Shown here in pieces: positions 47,264 through 55,963 of a stretch of 60,827 nt of DNA; the first letter of the stretch is position 1, and each line of letters begins with the position of its first letter. A program made the position numbers and the translations under genes. Origin of the DNA: Chlamydiia bacterium (GTDB lineage Bacteria; Chlamydiota; Chlamydiia; Chlamydiales; SM23-39); the NCBI GenBank assembly GCA_016213175.1, contig JACRBF010000029.1, forward strand, positions 1 through 60,827, given 5' to 3'. The notes beneath the pieces are model-generated. The model saw only the letters and a list, made by a program, of their open reading frames with translations, was not told the DNA's origin and did not search any database.

Positions 47264-47794
47264 GTGGTTATGGTAATGCGAGTTTCTTACGGTGGGTCAA
47301 ATAATGGAGTCGAGATGTTCCGTCGTTCAAAGACGGCTCGGGTCAATTCTCTAGCTGAGGCGTGCTCTAAAGTTGTGTCAGATTTTTTCGGGGATCAGTG
47401 TTCGACTTCTTGTCTTGTTAGGCCGATGCGACCGATGGAACCGATGCGACCGATGGAATTAGTCTCGATCACCAGGTGTTGCCGCGTGTCAGGGAATCCC
47501 CTATTTTCGGTTTCTTTGTTCGGTGTTACAGTAGCCCCCTCATTGAATGATCTAGTCAACCTCGGATTGACCTTAGTCATTGCAAAGACAGCATGTCGCT
47601 ATCAAGATTCGATTCGGCAAATGGGTCGCGCAGCGGCAGATTACGTGCCCGATTGGATTCAAGCATTGCCAGGAGACGCAGCCTCCTATCTGCCGAGCGA
47701 TCTACTTGCATATCTGCCTTCTAGCGCATTTCTGCAAGAGATGGCTCGGTCTCTCAGGGATCGTGTGTGTTCCGTGGTCTGTCCGTCGGCGTAG
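47264..47794 (+). CDS. hypothetical Cys-rich protein with a (PMR/PME) repeat (about 176 aa)
   Basis: GTG 47264 has GGAG 6 nt upstream; the alternative is ATG 47270. The TTG 47225 of the ORF track lies inside the predicted promoter. One hydrophobic stretch; no known domain. Confidence 0.5.
   Translation: MVMVMRVSYGGSNNGVEMFRRSKTARVNSLAEACSKVVSDFFGDQCSTSCLVRPMRPMEPMRPMELVSITRCCRVSGNPLFSVSLFGVTVAPSLNDLVNLGLTLVIAKTACRYQDSIRQMGRAAADYVPDWIQALPGDAASYLPSDLLAYLPSSAFLQEMARSLRDRVCSVVCPSA
47423..47458. repeat. in-frame tandem repeat: 2 x 18 bp (4 x 9 bp) ccgatgcga ccgatggaa
   Basis: Read directly; it encodes PMRPMEPMRPME. Confidence 0.9.
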
Positions 47795-47847
47795 TCTCCC
47801 CCTTCCTGGCTCTTGTGTAAAACAGGCATCTTCCTCATTGTGAGGAA

Positions 47848-49728
47848 ATGCAAAATCATTCTGAACAGCGCGTCGTTCGCCTTGACAAAAGAAGTCTCAA
47901 GCGGGTTTTGGGAGCTTGGGATTTATTTGCGGTAGGCTACGGCGACGTAGGCTCCTCCATTTACTACGCTCTCGGAGCGACTGCCCTTTTTGCCCTTGGC
48001 GCCACCCCGCTTGCCTTACTTGTCGCAGGACTTGTGTTTATCTGCACCGCACTTACTTACGCGGAAATGGCAGCCACTTTTCCGGAACCCGGAGGATCTG
48101 CTACCTATTCTCGCCATGCTTTCAACGACCTTGTCTCATTCATTGCAGGGTGGGGGCTTCTCCTCGATTACGTGGTCACGATTGCGATCTCTGCTTTTGC
48201 TATCCCTCCTTATATGAAACATCTCCTCGCTATTCTCGGTATTACCTACACCCATACGGTATTTGTCAATTGCGCAGCATCCATCGGCATTGTCATTTTC
48301 CTATTTTTCTTGAATTTTTTTGGCGTGCGTCATTCAGGCAGATTGAGTCTTGTCCTCGCTTTATTCACAATCATCACCCAGGTAGGGATCATCTTGATGG
48401 GGGGGCTTCTCTTTCTTAATTTGCCCTATATTTTCGATCACATGCGGATTGCGGTGACAGGCGCAGACTGGTCTCCTGATTGGTGGAACTTTGCGAAAGG
48501 ATGCGCAATGGCGATGGTGGCCTACACAGGCATTGAGGCGATTTCGCAATTAGCAGCCGAGACGAAAAATCCAGCCCGTTCTATTCCGAAAGCGATCAAA
48601 TGGACGACCGTGGTCATTTTGTTTCTCTATATAGGACTTTCGACTGTAGGTTTTTCTATCCTGACTCCTCAGGAACTCGGCACTCGCTATCTCGAAGATC
48701 CCATCGGCGGTATTGCGCAGAGCTTTCCGATTGGCGGGCAAATCTTAGGCCCTTGGGTAGGGCTTCTTGCGGCCATTATCTTGCTCATCGCTGCAAACGC
48801 TGGACTCATTGGTTGTTCCAGGCTGATTTTTTCTATGGGAGAAAGTTATCAGGTACCCTCTTTCTGCTATAAAATTCATAGCAAGTTTCATACGCCCTAT
48901 GTGACGCTTCTCATTTTTTCCATTCTGCCCGCGATTGTTATCGTCGTAAGCCGCGGCAGGATGATTTTCTTAGCGGATCTTTACAATTTTGGCGCCCAGA
49001 TGGCTTTCTTTTTTGTCCATCTGTCTCTTCTTGTTTTGCGCTGGAAAAGGCCCGATTTAGAACGCCCTTATAAAGCGCCCTTCAATATCCCCTTTGGCAA
49101 AAAGCGCTTCTTGCCTCTGACTGCAATTATTGGTGTGATTGCTAGCTTTTCTGTATGGCTTCTTGTTGTTTTCACGAAACCAGAAGGGCGCATCGCGGGG
49201 CTTTCTTGGATGATCTTAGGCATTACGATGTATCTCTATTACCGCAAGCAGGTAAGACTCCCATCGGTTGGTCAATTGAGAATTGAGAAGATCAAAATTC
49301 CCGAATATAAACCGATTCGAATTGCGAATATTCTGACTGTAACCCGTCTTAATGCAAGTACGGAATCTCTACAAACTGCTTTTCAATTAGCGTACCTTCA
49401 TAAAGCAAAGGTGAGTGTCGTCTACATTCTTGAAGTGCCTTATGCTCTGCCGATGGACTCTGCGATGCCGAAACGAGAACAGATGGCAGAAGCAGCACTG
49501 AAGCGTGCGGAGGCTATTTCCCGTGAGTTTCACGTCTCTGCCGACTTGCAATTGATCCGATCCCGTTCAGTAGATGCGGCTCTTCTCAGACTTGTAGAAA
49601 GGGGGGAGTTCGATCTCGTGGTTCTCGGTGCTGAGCACAAGGAAATGCGGCGCCCTGGAGGCTTTGCAGCACAGGCCGAAAAATTTTTCAAAGACTCAAA
49701 CTGCAGAGTGCTACTCTGCAGGTCGTAG
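47848..49728 (+). CDS. APC-superfamily amino acid permease fused to a C-terminal universal-stress-protein-like domain
   Basis: About 12-13 TM helices with APC-like N-terminal motifs (GYGDVGSSIYYALG). The cytoplasmic tail has a USP-like ending (FDLVVLGAEHK...FAAQAEKFFKDSNCRVLLC). Confidence 0.85.
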   Translation: MQNHSEQRVVRLDKRSLKRVLGAWDLFAVGYGDVGSSIYYALGATALFALGATPLALLVAGLVFICTALTYAEMAATFPEPGGSATYSRHAFNDLVSFIAGWGLLLDYVVTIAISAFAIPPYMKHLLAILGITYTHTVFVNCAASIGIVIFLFFLNFFGVRHSGRLSLVLALFTIITQVGIILMGGLLFLNLPYIFDHMRIAVTGADWSPDWWNFAKGCAMAMVAYTGIEAISQLAAETKNPARSIPKAIKWTTVVILFLYIGLSTVGFSILTPQELGTRYLEDPIGGIAQSFPIGGQILGPWVGLLAAIILLIAANAGLIGCSRLIFSMGESYQVPSFCYKIHSKFHTPYVTLLIFSILPAIVIVVSRGRMIFLADLYNFGAQMAFFFVHLSLLVLRWKRPDLERPYKAPFNIPFGKKRFLPLTAIIGVIASFSVWLLVVFTKPEGRIAGLSWMILGITMYLYYRKQVRLPSVGQLRIEKIKIPEYKPIRIANILTVTRLNASTESLQTAFQLAYLHKAKVSVVYILEVPYALPMDSAMPKREQMAEAALKRAEAISREFHVSADLQLIRSRSVDAALLRLVERGEFDLVVLGAEHKEMRRPGGFAAQAEKFFKDSNCRVLLCRS

Positions 49729-49746
49729 CTTCTGCGTCTACGATTC

Positions 49747-50619
49747 CTAAGGCAAGGCGTTATAGAGCGTCTGGTAATTCGGGTATCGGTTGTTTGGGAA
49801 CATAGCGAGCAATGATTCTTGTGCATTGGTCTTGCGCCAACGCAACAATAAATTTCCATCCGGGTGTACATGACGGCCATAGAACCATTTTCCGATAGCC
49901 AATCCAGAGAATGTTGTTAGAGAGCAAGTAGAATCAATCAAAATGATAATAGCGGCTGATGCAGGGATTGCCGCAATTCCCCCTGTTGCTACCACCACTC
50001 CCAGAATGAGAAGTGCTAGGAGGGTCAATAATATAAAGCAAGTGAATTTGGCTTGGGTTTTTTCACGAACAGAGAGGGGGCGGGTGAGGTGTAACGATTT
50101 GATTTCATCTGACGCTGCTTGTAGTAAAGCCTCAAAATACTTTTGAGAGATTTTGTCCTTTTTGGGATAGGTGGTGTCCAAAGTTTGGAGCCGAGCTTTG
50201 CCGCTTTCTGTCAGGGTAAGGATTGCGCGTAAACGGGTATGTAATTCACCTAGATAAGCCGAGGCAATTGGGGGCTGTTGCTGTACTATCGATGCCACCC
50301 AAGACTCCGCTAGTATATCCAGTGCTCCTCGGCGTGGTCCAGCGAGAAGGTTCTGAGCGATGCCCTGTGGGCTACTGCGAGAGGGGAGATGAGGGATTTG
50401 GCGTGAGAGGGGTTTGTTGAGTGCCTTTAACGAGGCGGAGACTCCTTGACTATTGTGGTCGCTATTCTGAGCAACGATGGCTAAGGCGTTCAGTCCTTGT
50501 TGAGATATCCTTTGCCGTTGTTGTGGTGCTACTATTGGGGCATTGATTGGTGGCTGCATGCCGTAATTTGTTGAGGGGACTTGAAGCAAGGGAGTTAATT
50601 CAGTGACACTCATATACAC
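49747..50619 (-). CDS. Inc-like/T3SS-substrate-like membrane protein (290 aa)
   Basis: Bilobed hydrophobic domain near the C-terminus (FTCFILLTLLALLILGVVVATGGIAAIPASAAIIILIDSTCSLTTFSGLAIG). Pro/Gln-rich polar N-terminus. AT-rich upstream region. Confidence 0.5.
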   Translation of the reverse strand: MYMSVTELTPLLQVPSTNYGMQPPINAPIVAPQQRQRISQQGLNALAIVAQNSDHNSQGVSASLKALNKPLSRQIPHLPSRSSPQGIAQNLLAGPRRGALDILAESWVASIVQQQPPIASAYLGELHTRLRAILTLTESGKARLQTLDTTYPKKDKISQKYFEALLQAASDEIKSLHLTRPLSVREKTQAKFTCFILLTLLALLILGVVVATGGIAAIPASAAIIILIDSTCSLTTFSGLAIGKWFYGRHVHPDGNLLLRWRKTNAQESLLAMFPNNRYPNYQTLYNALP

Positions 50620-50707
50620 CTAAAAATAAATGTTAGTATAGATAGTTTAATAAAAATAATTATTACTTTAAACTATTTTTATTGAAAATCACGAATTATT
50701 AATCCCA

Positions 50708-51610
50708 TTATTTAAATGATTGCAAATGACACGCAACTCGATGATTAGGAGCTACTTCTCGAAAGATGGGCTTTTCTTGGCGGCATTGCGTTGTTGCGTA
50801 GGGGCATCTAGGAGCAAAGGGACAGCCTACGAAAGACGGAGCTGTCTGTGACAAAGGGGAGTGGGCTGGAGAGCGAGAAACGCTACGGATTTTCGGGATA
50901 GAGGAGAGGAGAATCTGGGTATAGGGATGGAGAGGTGTATGATAAAGAATCTCTGTAGGTGCTGTTTCAACAAATTCCCCTTGATACATGACGGCGACCT
51001 CTTCTGAGATGTAGCGAACCATGGAGAGGTCGTGGGAAATGAAGAGGTAGGTAAGCTCGAGTTCTTTGCGCAGACGAAGGAGGAGATTGACGATCTGAGC
51101 TTGGATGGAGACGTCAAGCGCGGAGATAGGTTCGTCGCAAACGATGAAATCGGGGTTGAGAGAGAGCGCTCTAGCAATGCCGATGCGCTGCCTTTGCCCG
51201 CCGCTGAATTCATGAGGAAATCGATTTTTGGCATTTTGAGGCAATCCCACAAGATCCAGAAGTTGTTCAACCTGAGATGGCATGCTGTGGATGATTGATG
51301 GCTCTTCGAGGATGTCGCCTACGGTCATCCTAGGATTGAGTGAGGAGAAAGGGTCTTGAAAGATCATCTGCATACGGCGCTGTAGATCTTTACGTGATTT
51401 GGCAATGGGACTGCCTTCGAAGAGGATTTGCCCTGAAGTGGGCTGAATGAGTTGCAGGAGCAGGCGGCCTAGTGTTGATTTTCCGCAGCCGCTTTCGCCT
51501 ACAAGTCCTAGGATCGTCCCTCGCTTCAGGAAAAAAGAGATGTTTTTGACGGCGCTGAGCGTCGTTTTACCAAGCGTATAGATTTTGGAGAGATTGTGTA
51601 CTTCGATCAC
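50708..51610 (-). CDS. oppF: oligopeptide/dipeptide ABC transporter ATP-binding protein OppF
   Basis: Walker [18 protein letters not shown], Walker B FIVCDEPISALD, and the C-terminal oligopeptide-ABC extension. Trimmed to GTG 51610 (SD aagagg 5 nt upstream), because the longer ORF reads into repeat A5. Confidence 0.9.
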   Translation of the reverse strand: MIEVHNLSKIYTLGKTTLSAVKNISFFLKRGTILGLVGESGCGKSTLGRLLLQLIQPTSGQILFEGSPIAKSRKDLQRRMQMIFQDPFSSLNPRMTVGDILEEPSIIHSMPSQVEQLLDLVGLPQNAKNRFPHEFSGGQRQRIGIARALSLNPDFIVCDEPISALDVSIQAQIVNLLLRLRKELELTYLFISHDLSMVRYISEEVAVMYQGEFVETAPTEILYHTPLHPYTQILLSSIPKIRSVSRSPAHSPLSQTAPSFVGCPFAPRCPYATTQCRQEKPIFREVAPNHRVACHLQSFK

Positions 51611-51780
51611 TAGACCTCTTGCGTAATTAAGGTTCTGTCGACTTTCCTGTTCTTTTGAGCCGATTTTCGATGCAAAATTGGGGGGCAATATACCGGCGAT
51701 ATTGCCCCCCAATTTTGAAATCGAAAATCGGCCAAAATAATCCGGAAAATCGACGAACCCTTAATTACGCAAGAGGTCTA
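51611..51780. repeat. Family A-related palindromic element (170 bp) with perfect 22-bp terminal inverted repeats
   Basis: tagacctcttgcgtaattaagg ... ccttaattacgcaagaggtcta. The internal core gagccgattttcgatgcaaaattggggggcaatat / atattgccccccaattttg is shared with 31593-31769. Confidence 0.95.
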
Positions 51781-52719
51781 CTTATACCTCCAGCAAGCAG
51801 TATTGCCGAAAAAGGGGGGATCTGTTTGGCAGATGGGGGCTGCGTGAGGGCATCTTTCCGCAAAAGCGCATCCTTTGGGTGGATCGAGGAGGTTTGGCGG
51901 CATCCCTTCGATGACTTGTAAGGGGCCTTTGTGGGTGGGGAGCGATTGCAAAAGCATTTGCGTATAGGGGTGCTGCGGACGTTCCAGGACCTCTTGAACA
52001 GAGCCCTGCTCTACGATTTTACCGGCGTAGAAGACAAGAATGCGATCGCACGTTTCAGCGACGACGCCGAGATCGTGGGTGATGAGAAGGAGGCTTGTAG
52101 AGGCATCTCTTTTACGGAATAGGTCGAGAATTTGTGCTTGCACTGTGACATCAAGAGCGGTGGTAGGTTCATCAGCAATCAGCAGGCGGGGGCCGCAAGC
52201 AAGGGCAATCGCGATCAAAACCCTCTGCCGCATCCCTCCGCTGAGCTGATGGGGATATTGTTTAAGCCTCTCTTCTGCCTGAGGCAGTTCCACTTGACGT
52301 AAGAGAGTGAGAACCCGCGCGCGCGCATCGAAAGTGCCTTTCTGGACTATTTTGTGGTGTACGAGCGCCTCTTCGATCTGGGCGCCAATCGGCATTGTTG
52401 GATTGAGCGCGCTCATCGGATCTTGAAAGACCATACCGATTCGTTTCCCTCGGATTTTTTGGAGCTCTTTTTCGCTTTTTTGCAAGAGATTTTCTCCTTC
52501 GAAGAGGATAGAGCCTTCGATATTGGATGCAGGACTCAATCGGGTAATTGCCTGAACGGCAGCGCTTTTCCCACAGCCACTTTCTCCGACGATGCCGACT
52601 GCCTCACCTGTGTTTACTGTAAAAGAGATGCCACGCACTGCGTGTAGCTTCTGTCCGTAAAGAGAAAAGGTGACGGAGAGATCTTGGATTTTGAGGAGAG
52701 GGGCTGTGGGTGGCGTCAT
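51778..52719 (-). CDS. oppD: oligopeptide/dipeptide ABC transporter ATP-binding protein OppD
   Basis: Walker [17 protein letters not shown], Walker [16 protein letters not shown] 52719 lies 2 nt after the oppC stop codon (52724-52726). The TAG stop is the terminal 3 nt of repeat A5. Confidence 0.9.
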   Translation of the reverse strand: MTPPTAPLLKIQDLSVTFSLYGQKLHAVRGISFTVNTGEAVGIVGESGCGKSAAVQAITRLSPASNIEGSILFEGENLLQKSEKELQKIRGKRIGMVFQDPMSALNPTMPIGAQIEEALVHHKIVQKGTFDARARVLTLLRQVELPQAEERLKQYPHQLSGGMRQRVLIAIALACGPRLLIADEPTTALDVTVQAQILDLFRKRDASTSLLLITHDLGVVAETCDRILVFYAGKIVEQGSVQEVLERPQHPYTQMLLQSLPTHKGPLQVIEGMPPNLLDPPKGCAFAERCPHAAPICQTDPPFFGNTACWRYK

Positions 52720-52723
52720 GGGG

Positions 52724-53578
52724 CTACCTGCGCAGTCTCGGATCGAGCGCGTCGCGAAGCGCATTTCCAAGGAGATTGAAGGAGAGCATCGTCAGGGTAA
52801 TCATCGATGCGGGAATCAGCAGGCGCCACGGGTAGTAGCGCATGGCGCTAAGTCCGTCATTGACCATCACGCCCCAGCTCGCAGCAGGCGCTTGAATCCC
52901 GAGACCGAGGAAACTGAGAAAAGATTCGGTAAAAATGGCGGTTGGGATCGTGAGGGTCATCGTAGCGATGATCGGTCCGATAGCGTTCGGAATGAGGTGG
53001 CGCAGCAGGATACGGGTGGATGAAGCGCCGATGGCCCTTGCTGCTGTGATGTAATCAAATTCTTTAATCTGGAGGATTTGACTGCGGACAATCCGCGCCA
53101 TATTGATCCACCCCGTTGCTGTCATTGCGATCAAAATCGTCACGATCCCGCTGCCTCGGATGACTGTGAGGAGAATGACGACGAGTAAATAGGGGATTGC
53201 GTAGAGGACATCGCAGATGCGCATCATTGCCTCTTCTGTTTTTCCTCCTGAGAAAGCGGCAACAGAACCCCATAAAATCCCGAGGCTCAAATCAATGAGC
53301 GCTGCAGAAAAGCCGATAAAGAGCGAAATTCTGGCTCCCCACCAGACCCGTGTAAATAGATCGCGCCCCAGTTCGTCGCTGCCAAACCAAAAAGCGCTGC
53401 TTGGAGGCGTGTTTTTTAACTCTAAATGGATATCGTAATAGGCGTAAGGGGAGAGGAGAGGGCCTGCCCATGCCATGATCAGGAGGAAGGCAAGCGTCCA
53501 GAGAGCAGCTATGGCAGGACGGTTCATGAGGAGGCGTCGCCACGCATCCTCCCAAAATCCAGGGGATTGATTACGCAT
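52724..53578 (-). CDS. oppC: oligopeptide ABC transporter permease OppC
   Basis: N-terminal FWEDAWRRLLMNRPAIAAL, typical of OppC/DppC. 6 TM with an EAA-type loop. Confidence 0.9.
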   Translation of the reverse strand: MRNQSPGFWEDAWRRLLMNRPAIAALWTLAFLLIMAWAGPLLSPYAYYDIHLELKNTPPSSAFWFGSDELGRDLFTRVWWGARISLFIGFSAALIDLSLGILWGSVAAFSGGKTEEAMMRICDVLYAIPYLLVVILLTVIRGSGIVTILIAMTATGWINMARIVRSQILQIKEFDYITAARAIGASSTRILLRHLIPNAIGPIIATMTLTIPTAIFTESFLSFLGLGIQAPAASWGVMVNDGLSAMRYYPWRLLIPASMITLTMLSFNLLGNALRDALDPRLRR

Positions 53579-54551
53579 GAGAGACTCTCCTCTCTTCTGC
53601 GATGCGGATGCGCGGATCTAAGAAGGAATAGACGATATCAACAACAAACATGGTGCACATGAGTAGCGTGCTGAAAAAGATCGTAAGTCCCAAAATCATC
53701 GGGTAATCCCTCCCATGGATGCTGTGGATCATCCACTGCCCGAGACCAGGGATCGCAAAAATTCTTTCTACCATGAAACTGCCTGTGAGAATTTGTGTGG
53801 CTACGGGGCCCAAATAGGTGATGACAGGGAGCAGCGCGTTACGCAGGCCGTGGCGCAGAGCAATTTGGAAGAGGGATAGTCCTTTGGCTAAGGCAGTGCG
53901 AATATAATCCTGCTGCAGCACCTCGACCATGTTGGATCTCGTCAAACGGGCAATAAAAGCGGTGGGTAATGCAGCAAGGGCCAGCGTTGGCAAGATCGTA
54001 TGCTCAAGCCCTCCCCAACGGGCTACGGGGAAGAGGTGCAGTTTGATGCAAAGGAGGTATTGAAGCATGCTAGATAAGACAAAATTGGGCACCGAGACGC
54101 CGATGGTCGAAATGATCATCGCGGCCGTATCTTGCCACCCCCCTCTTTTAAGCGCTGCCCACGTGCCTAAAAAAATTCCTACAGGGATCGCCAGCCCGAG
54201 GGCTTGCAACCCCAGCTGCGCAGAAATGGGAAATCCTTCACGGATGAATTGATTCACGCTCCTTCCATGATAGACCATGGAGATCCCAAGATCTCCGTGC
54301 AGAAGGTCTTTCAAATATTTTATATACTGAATCCAGAGAGGTTGATCGAGTCCGTAGTAGGCATAAAGCGAGCGCATGACCTCTTCGGGGATCACCTGCT
54401 CTCCAATGAAGGGATCTCCTGGAATGGAGTGCATAAGGAAAAAGGTGCCGGTGATGACGCACCATAGGGAGGCCGCTAGGATAAGGGCTTTTTTCAAGAG
54501 GAATCGACGCAAAGGCTTGCCGAAGTTCAAAGTTGCCAACCAATCTACCAC
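53571..54551 (-). CDS. oppB: oligopeptide ABC transporter permease OppB
   Basis: Typical OppB/DppB N-terminus RRFLLKKALILAASLW and IPGDPF motif. Start uncertain (GTG 54551 from the ORF track; TTG 54512 gives the canonical MRRFLLKK start). Confidence 0.9.
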   Translation of the reverse strand: MVDWLATLNFGKPLRRFLLKKALILAASLWCVITGTFFLMHSIPGDPFIGEQVIPEEVMRSLYAYYGLDQPLWIQYIKYLKDLLHGDLGISMVYHGRSVNQFIREGFPISAQLGLQALGLAIPVGIFLGTWAALKRGGWQDTAAMIISTIGVSVPNFVLSSMLQYLLCIKLHLFPVARWGGLEHTILPTLALAALPTAFIARLTRSNMVEVLQQDYIRTALAKGLSLFQIALRHGLRNALLPVITYLGPVATQILTGSFMVERIFAIPGLGQWMIHSIHGRDYPMILGLTIFFSTLLMCTMFVVDIVYSFLDPRIRIAEERRVSHA

Positions 54552-54568
54552 ACTTTATAATTCTCGGT

Positions 54569-55963
54569 ATGTTTGACCGTAACGTTGATTTTCAGAACAA
54601 ATTTCACTTTACTTCCCTTGGCTGTGCGAGAAACCTCGTTGATAGCGAAGTGATGATTGGCCTGCTTCTGAAAGCAGGGTATGAACACGCCCCCGATGTG
54701 AGAGATGCAGACTATATTGTGGTCAATACGTGCGGTTTTCTCGAAGCGTCACGACAGGAGGGGATCGAGACGATCCGTTTCCTATTCTTGCAGAAAAAAG
54801 AGAGTGCGAAGGTGATCGTCGCCGGTTGCATGGTGCAAAAACATAGTGAAGAGTTGAAAGCTGCCTTCCCCGCAATCCATTATCTCCTGGGCTCGGGGGA
54901 TGTGGAAAAAATTCTTCAGGCCGTTCAATCGGGTCAAGAGGGAAAGGCAGTGTCCAATGCGAGGAGCTATCTCGAGTGGGGTGAAGTGCCCCGCGTTTTA
55001 TCTACGCCGAAACATTATGCCTATTTGAAGATTGCCGAAGGATGTAAGAAACGCTGTGCGTTCTGTATCATCCCCACAATCAAAGGTTCCTTACGCAGCA
55101 AAACCGAAGCCCAAGTCGTGAAAGAATTTCGAGCGCTCCTCTCCCAAGGCGTTTTTGAAATCATCCTCATCGCCCAAGACTTGGGAGATTTTGGGAAAGA
55201 TCGGAAAGAAAAAGGGGCTTTGGCTCGCTTGCTGCGAGAACTCCTGAAAGTGGAAGGGAATTTTTGGCTGCGCCTCCTCTACCTCTATCCCGATGAGATT
55301 GACGATGAACTCATCGAAGTGATGCGGAGCGATTCTCGCATTTGCCGCTATCTCGACATGCCGATCCAGCATATCAATGACCGTGTTCTGCAGGCGATGC
55401 ATCGTGCCACGTCAAAGGAGCAGATCTTGGAGATTCTCTCCAAACTGCGCCATAGAGTGCCCGATATTGCCATTCGTACGAGCTTGATGGTCGGATTTCC
55501 AGGAGAGAGGGAAGAGGAATTTGAAGAACTGGTTCATTTCGTGAAAAAAGCCTCTCTCGATCATGTAGGGATTTTTCAGTTTTCTTTGGAAAAAGAGGCT
55601 TACGCTGCGAAATTGCCCGATCAGATCTCTGAAGAGGTCAAACAGGCGCGCTTTGAGAAGCTCGTGCAGGCGCAGTTGAAAGCAGTGCGCAAACAAAACC
55701 AAAAAAGGGTGGGTCAAACGGTACGCGCTCTTGTTGAAGGTTTTCATCCCGAATCCAATCTCTTGCTCAGAGCAAGACATCAAGGCCAATGTCCTGAAAT
55801 CGATGGACAGATCATCATCAATGACGGCCGTTTTGTGAAAACTTTTGGCGTTCTTTACGATGTCGAAATTACCGATGTAGCTGACTACGATCTCATTGGA
55901 CGCGTCATCCCATCTAAAAACCCAAGGAAACTACCGTGCAAACTCTCTCTGATCTCCAGTTAA
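54569..55963 (+). CDS. rimO: ribosomal protein S12 methylthiotransferase RimO (radical SAM MTTase)
   Basis: N-terminal FTSLGCARNLVDSE (RimO-type UPF0004 domain), radical SAM cluster motif CKKRCAFC, C-terminal TRAM domain. ATG 54569 is preferred over TTG 54533, which would overlap oppB. Confidence 0.85.
   Translation: MFDRNVDFQNKFHFTSLGCARNLVDSEVMIGLLLKAGYEHAPDVRDADYIVVNTCGFLEASRQEGIETIRFLFLQKKESAKVIVAGCMVQKHSEELKAAFPAIHYLLGSGDVEKILQAVQSGQEGKAVSNARSYLEWGEVPRVLSTPKHYAYLKIAEGCKKRCAFCIIPTIKGSLRSKTEAQVVKEFRALLSQGVFEIILIAQDLGDFGKDRKEKGALARLLRELLKVEGNFWLRLLYLYPDEIDDELIEVMRSDSRICRYLDMPIQHINDRVLQAMHRATSKEQILEILSKLRHRVPDIAIRTSLMVGFPGEREEEFEELVHFVKKASLDHVGIFQFSLEKEAYAAKLPDQISEEVKQARFEKLVQAQLKAVRKQNQKRVGQTVRALVEGFHPESNLLLRARHQGQCPEIDGQIIINDGRFVKTFGVLYDVEITDVADYDLIGRVIPSKNPRKLPCKLSLISS

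Noticed and set aside
49701-49721. 8-bp stem hairpin (ctgcagag tgcta ctctgcag) as the terminator of the permease gene
   Set aside because: It lies inside the last codons of the CDS, is short, and has no U-tract. It cannot be distinguished from chance.
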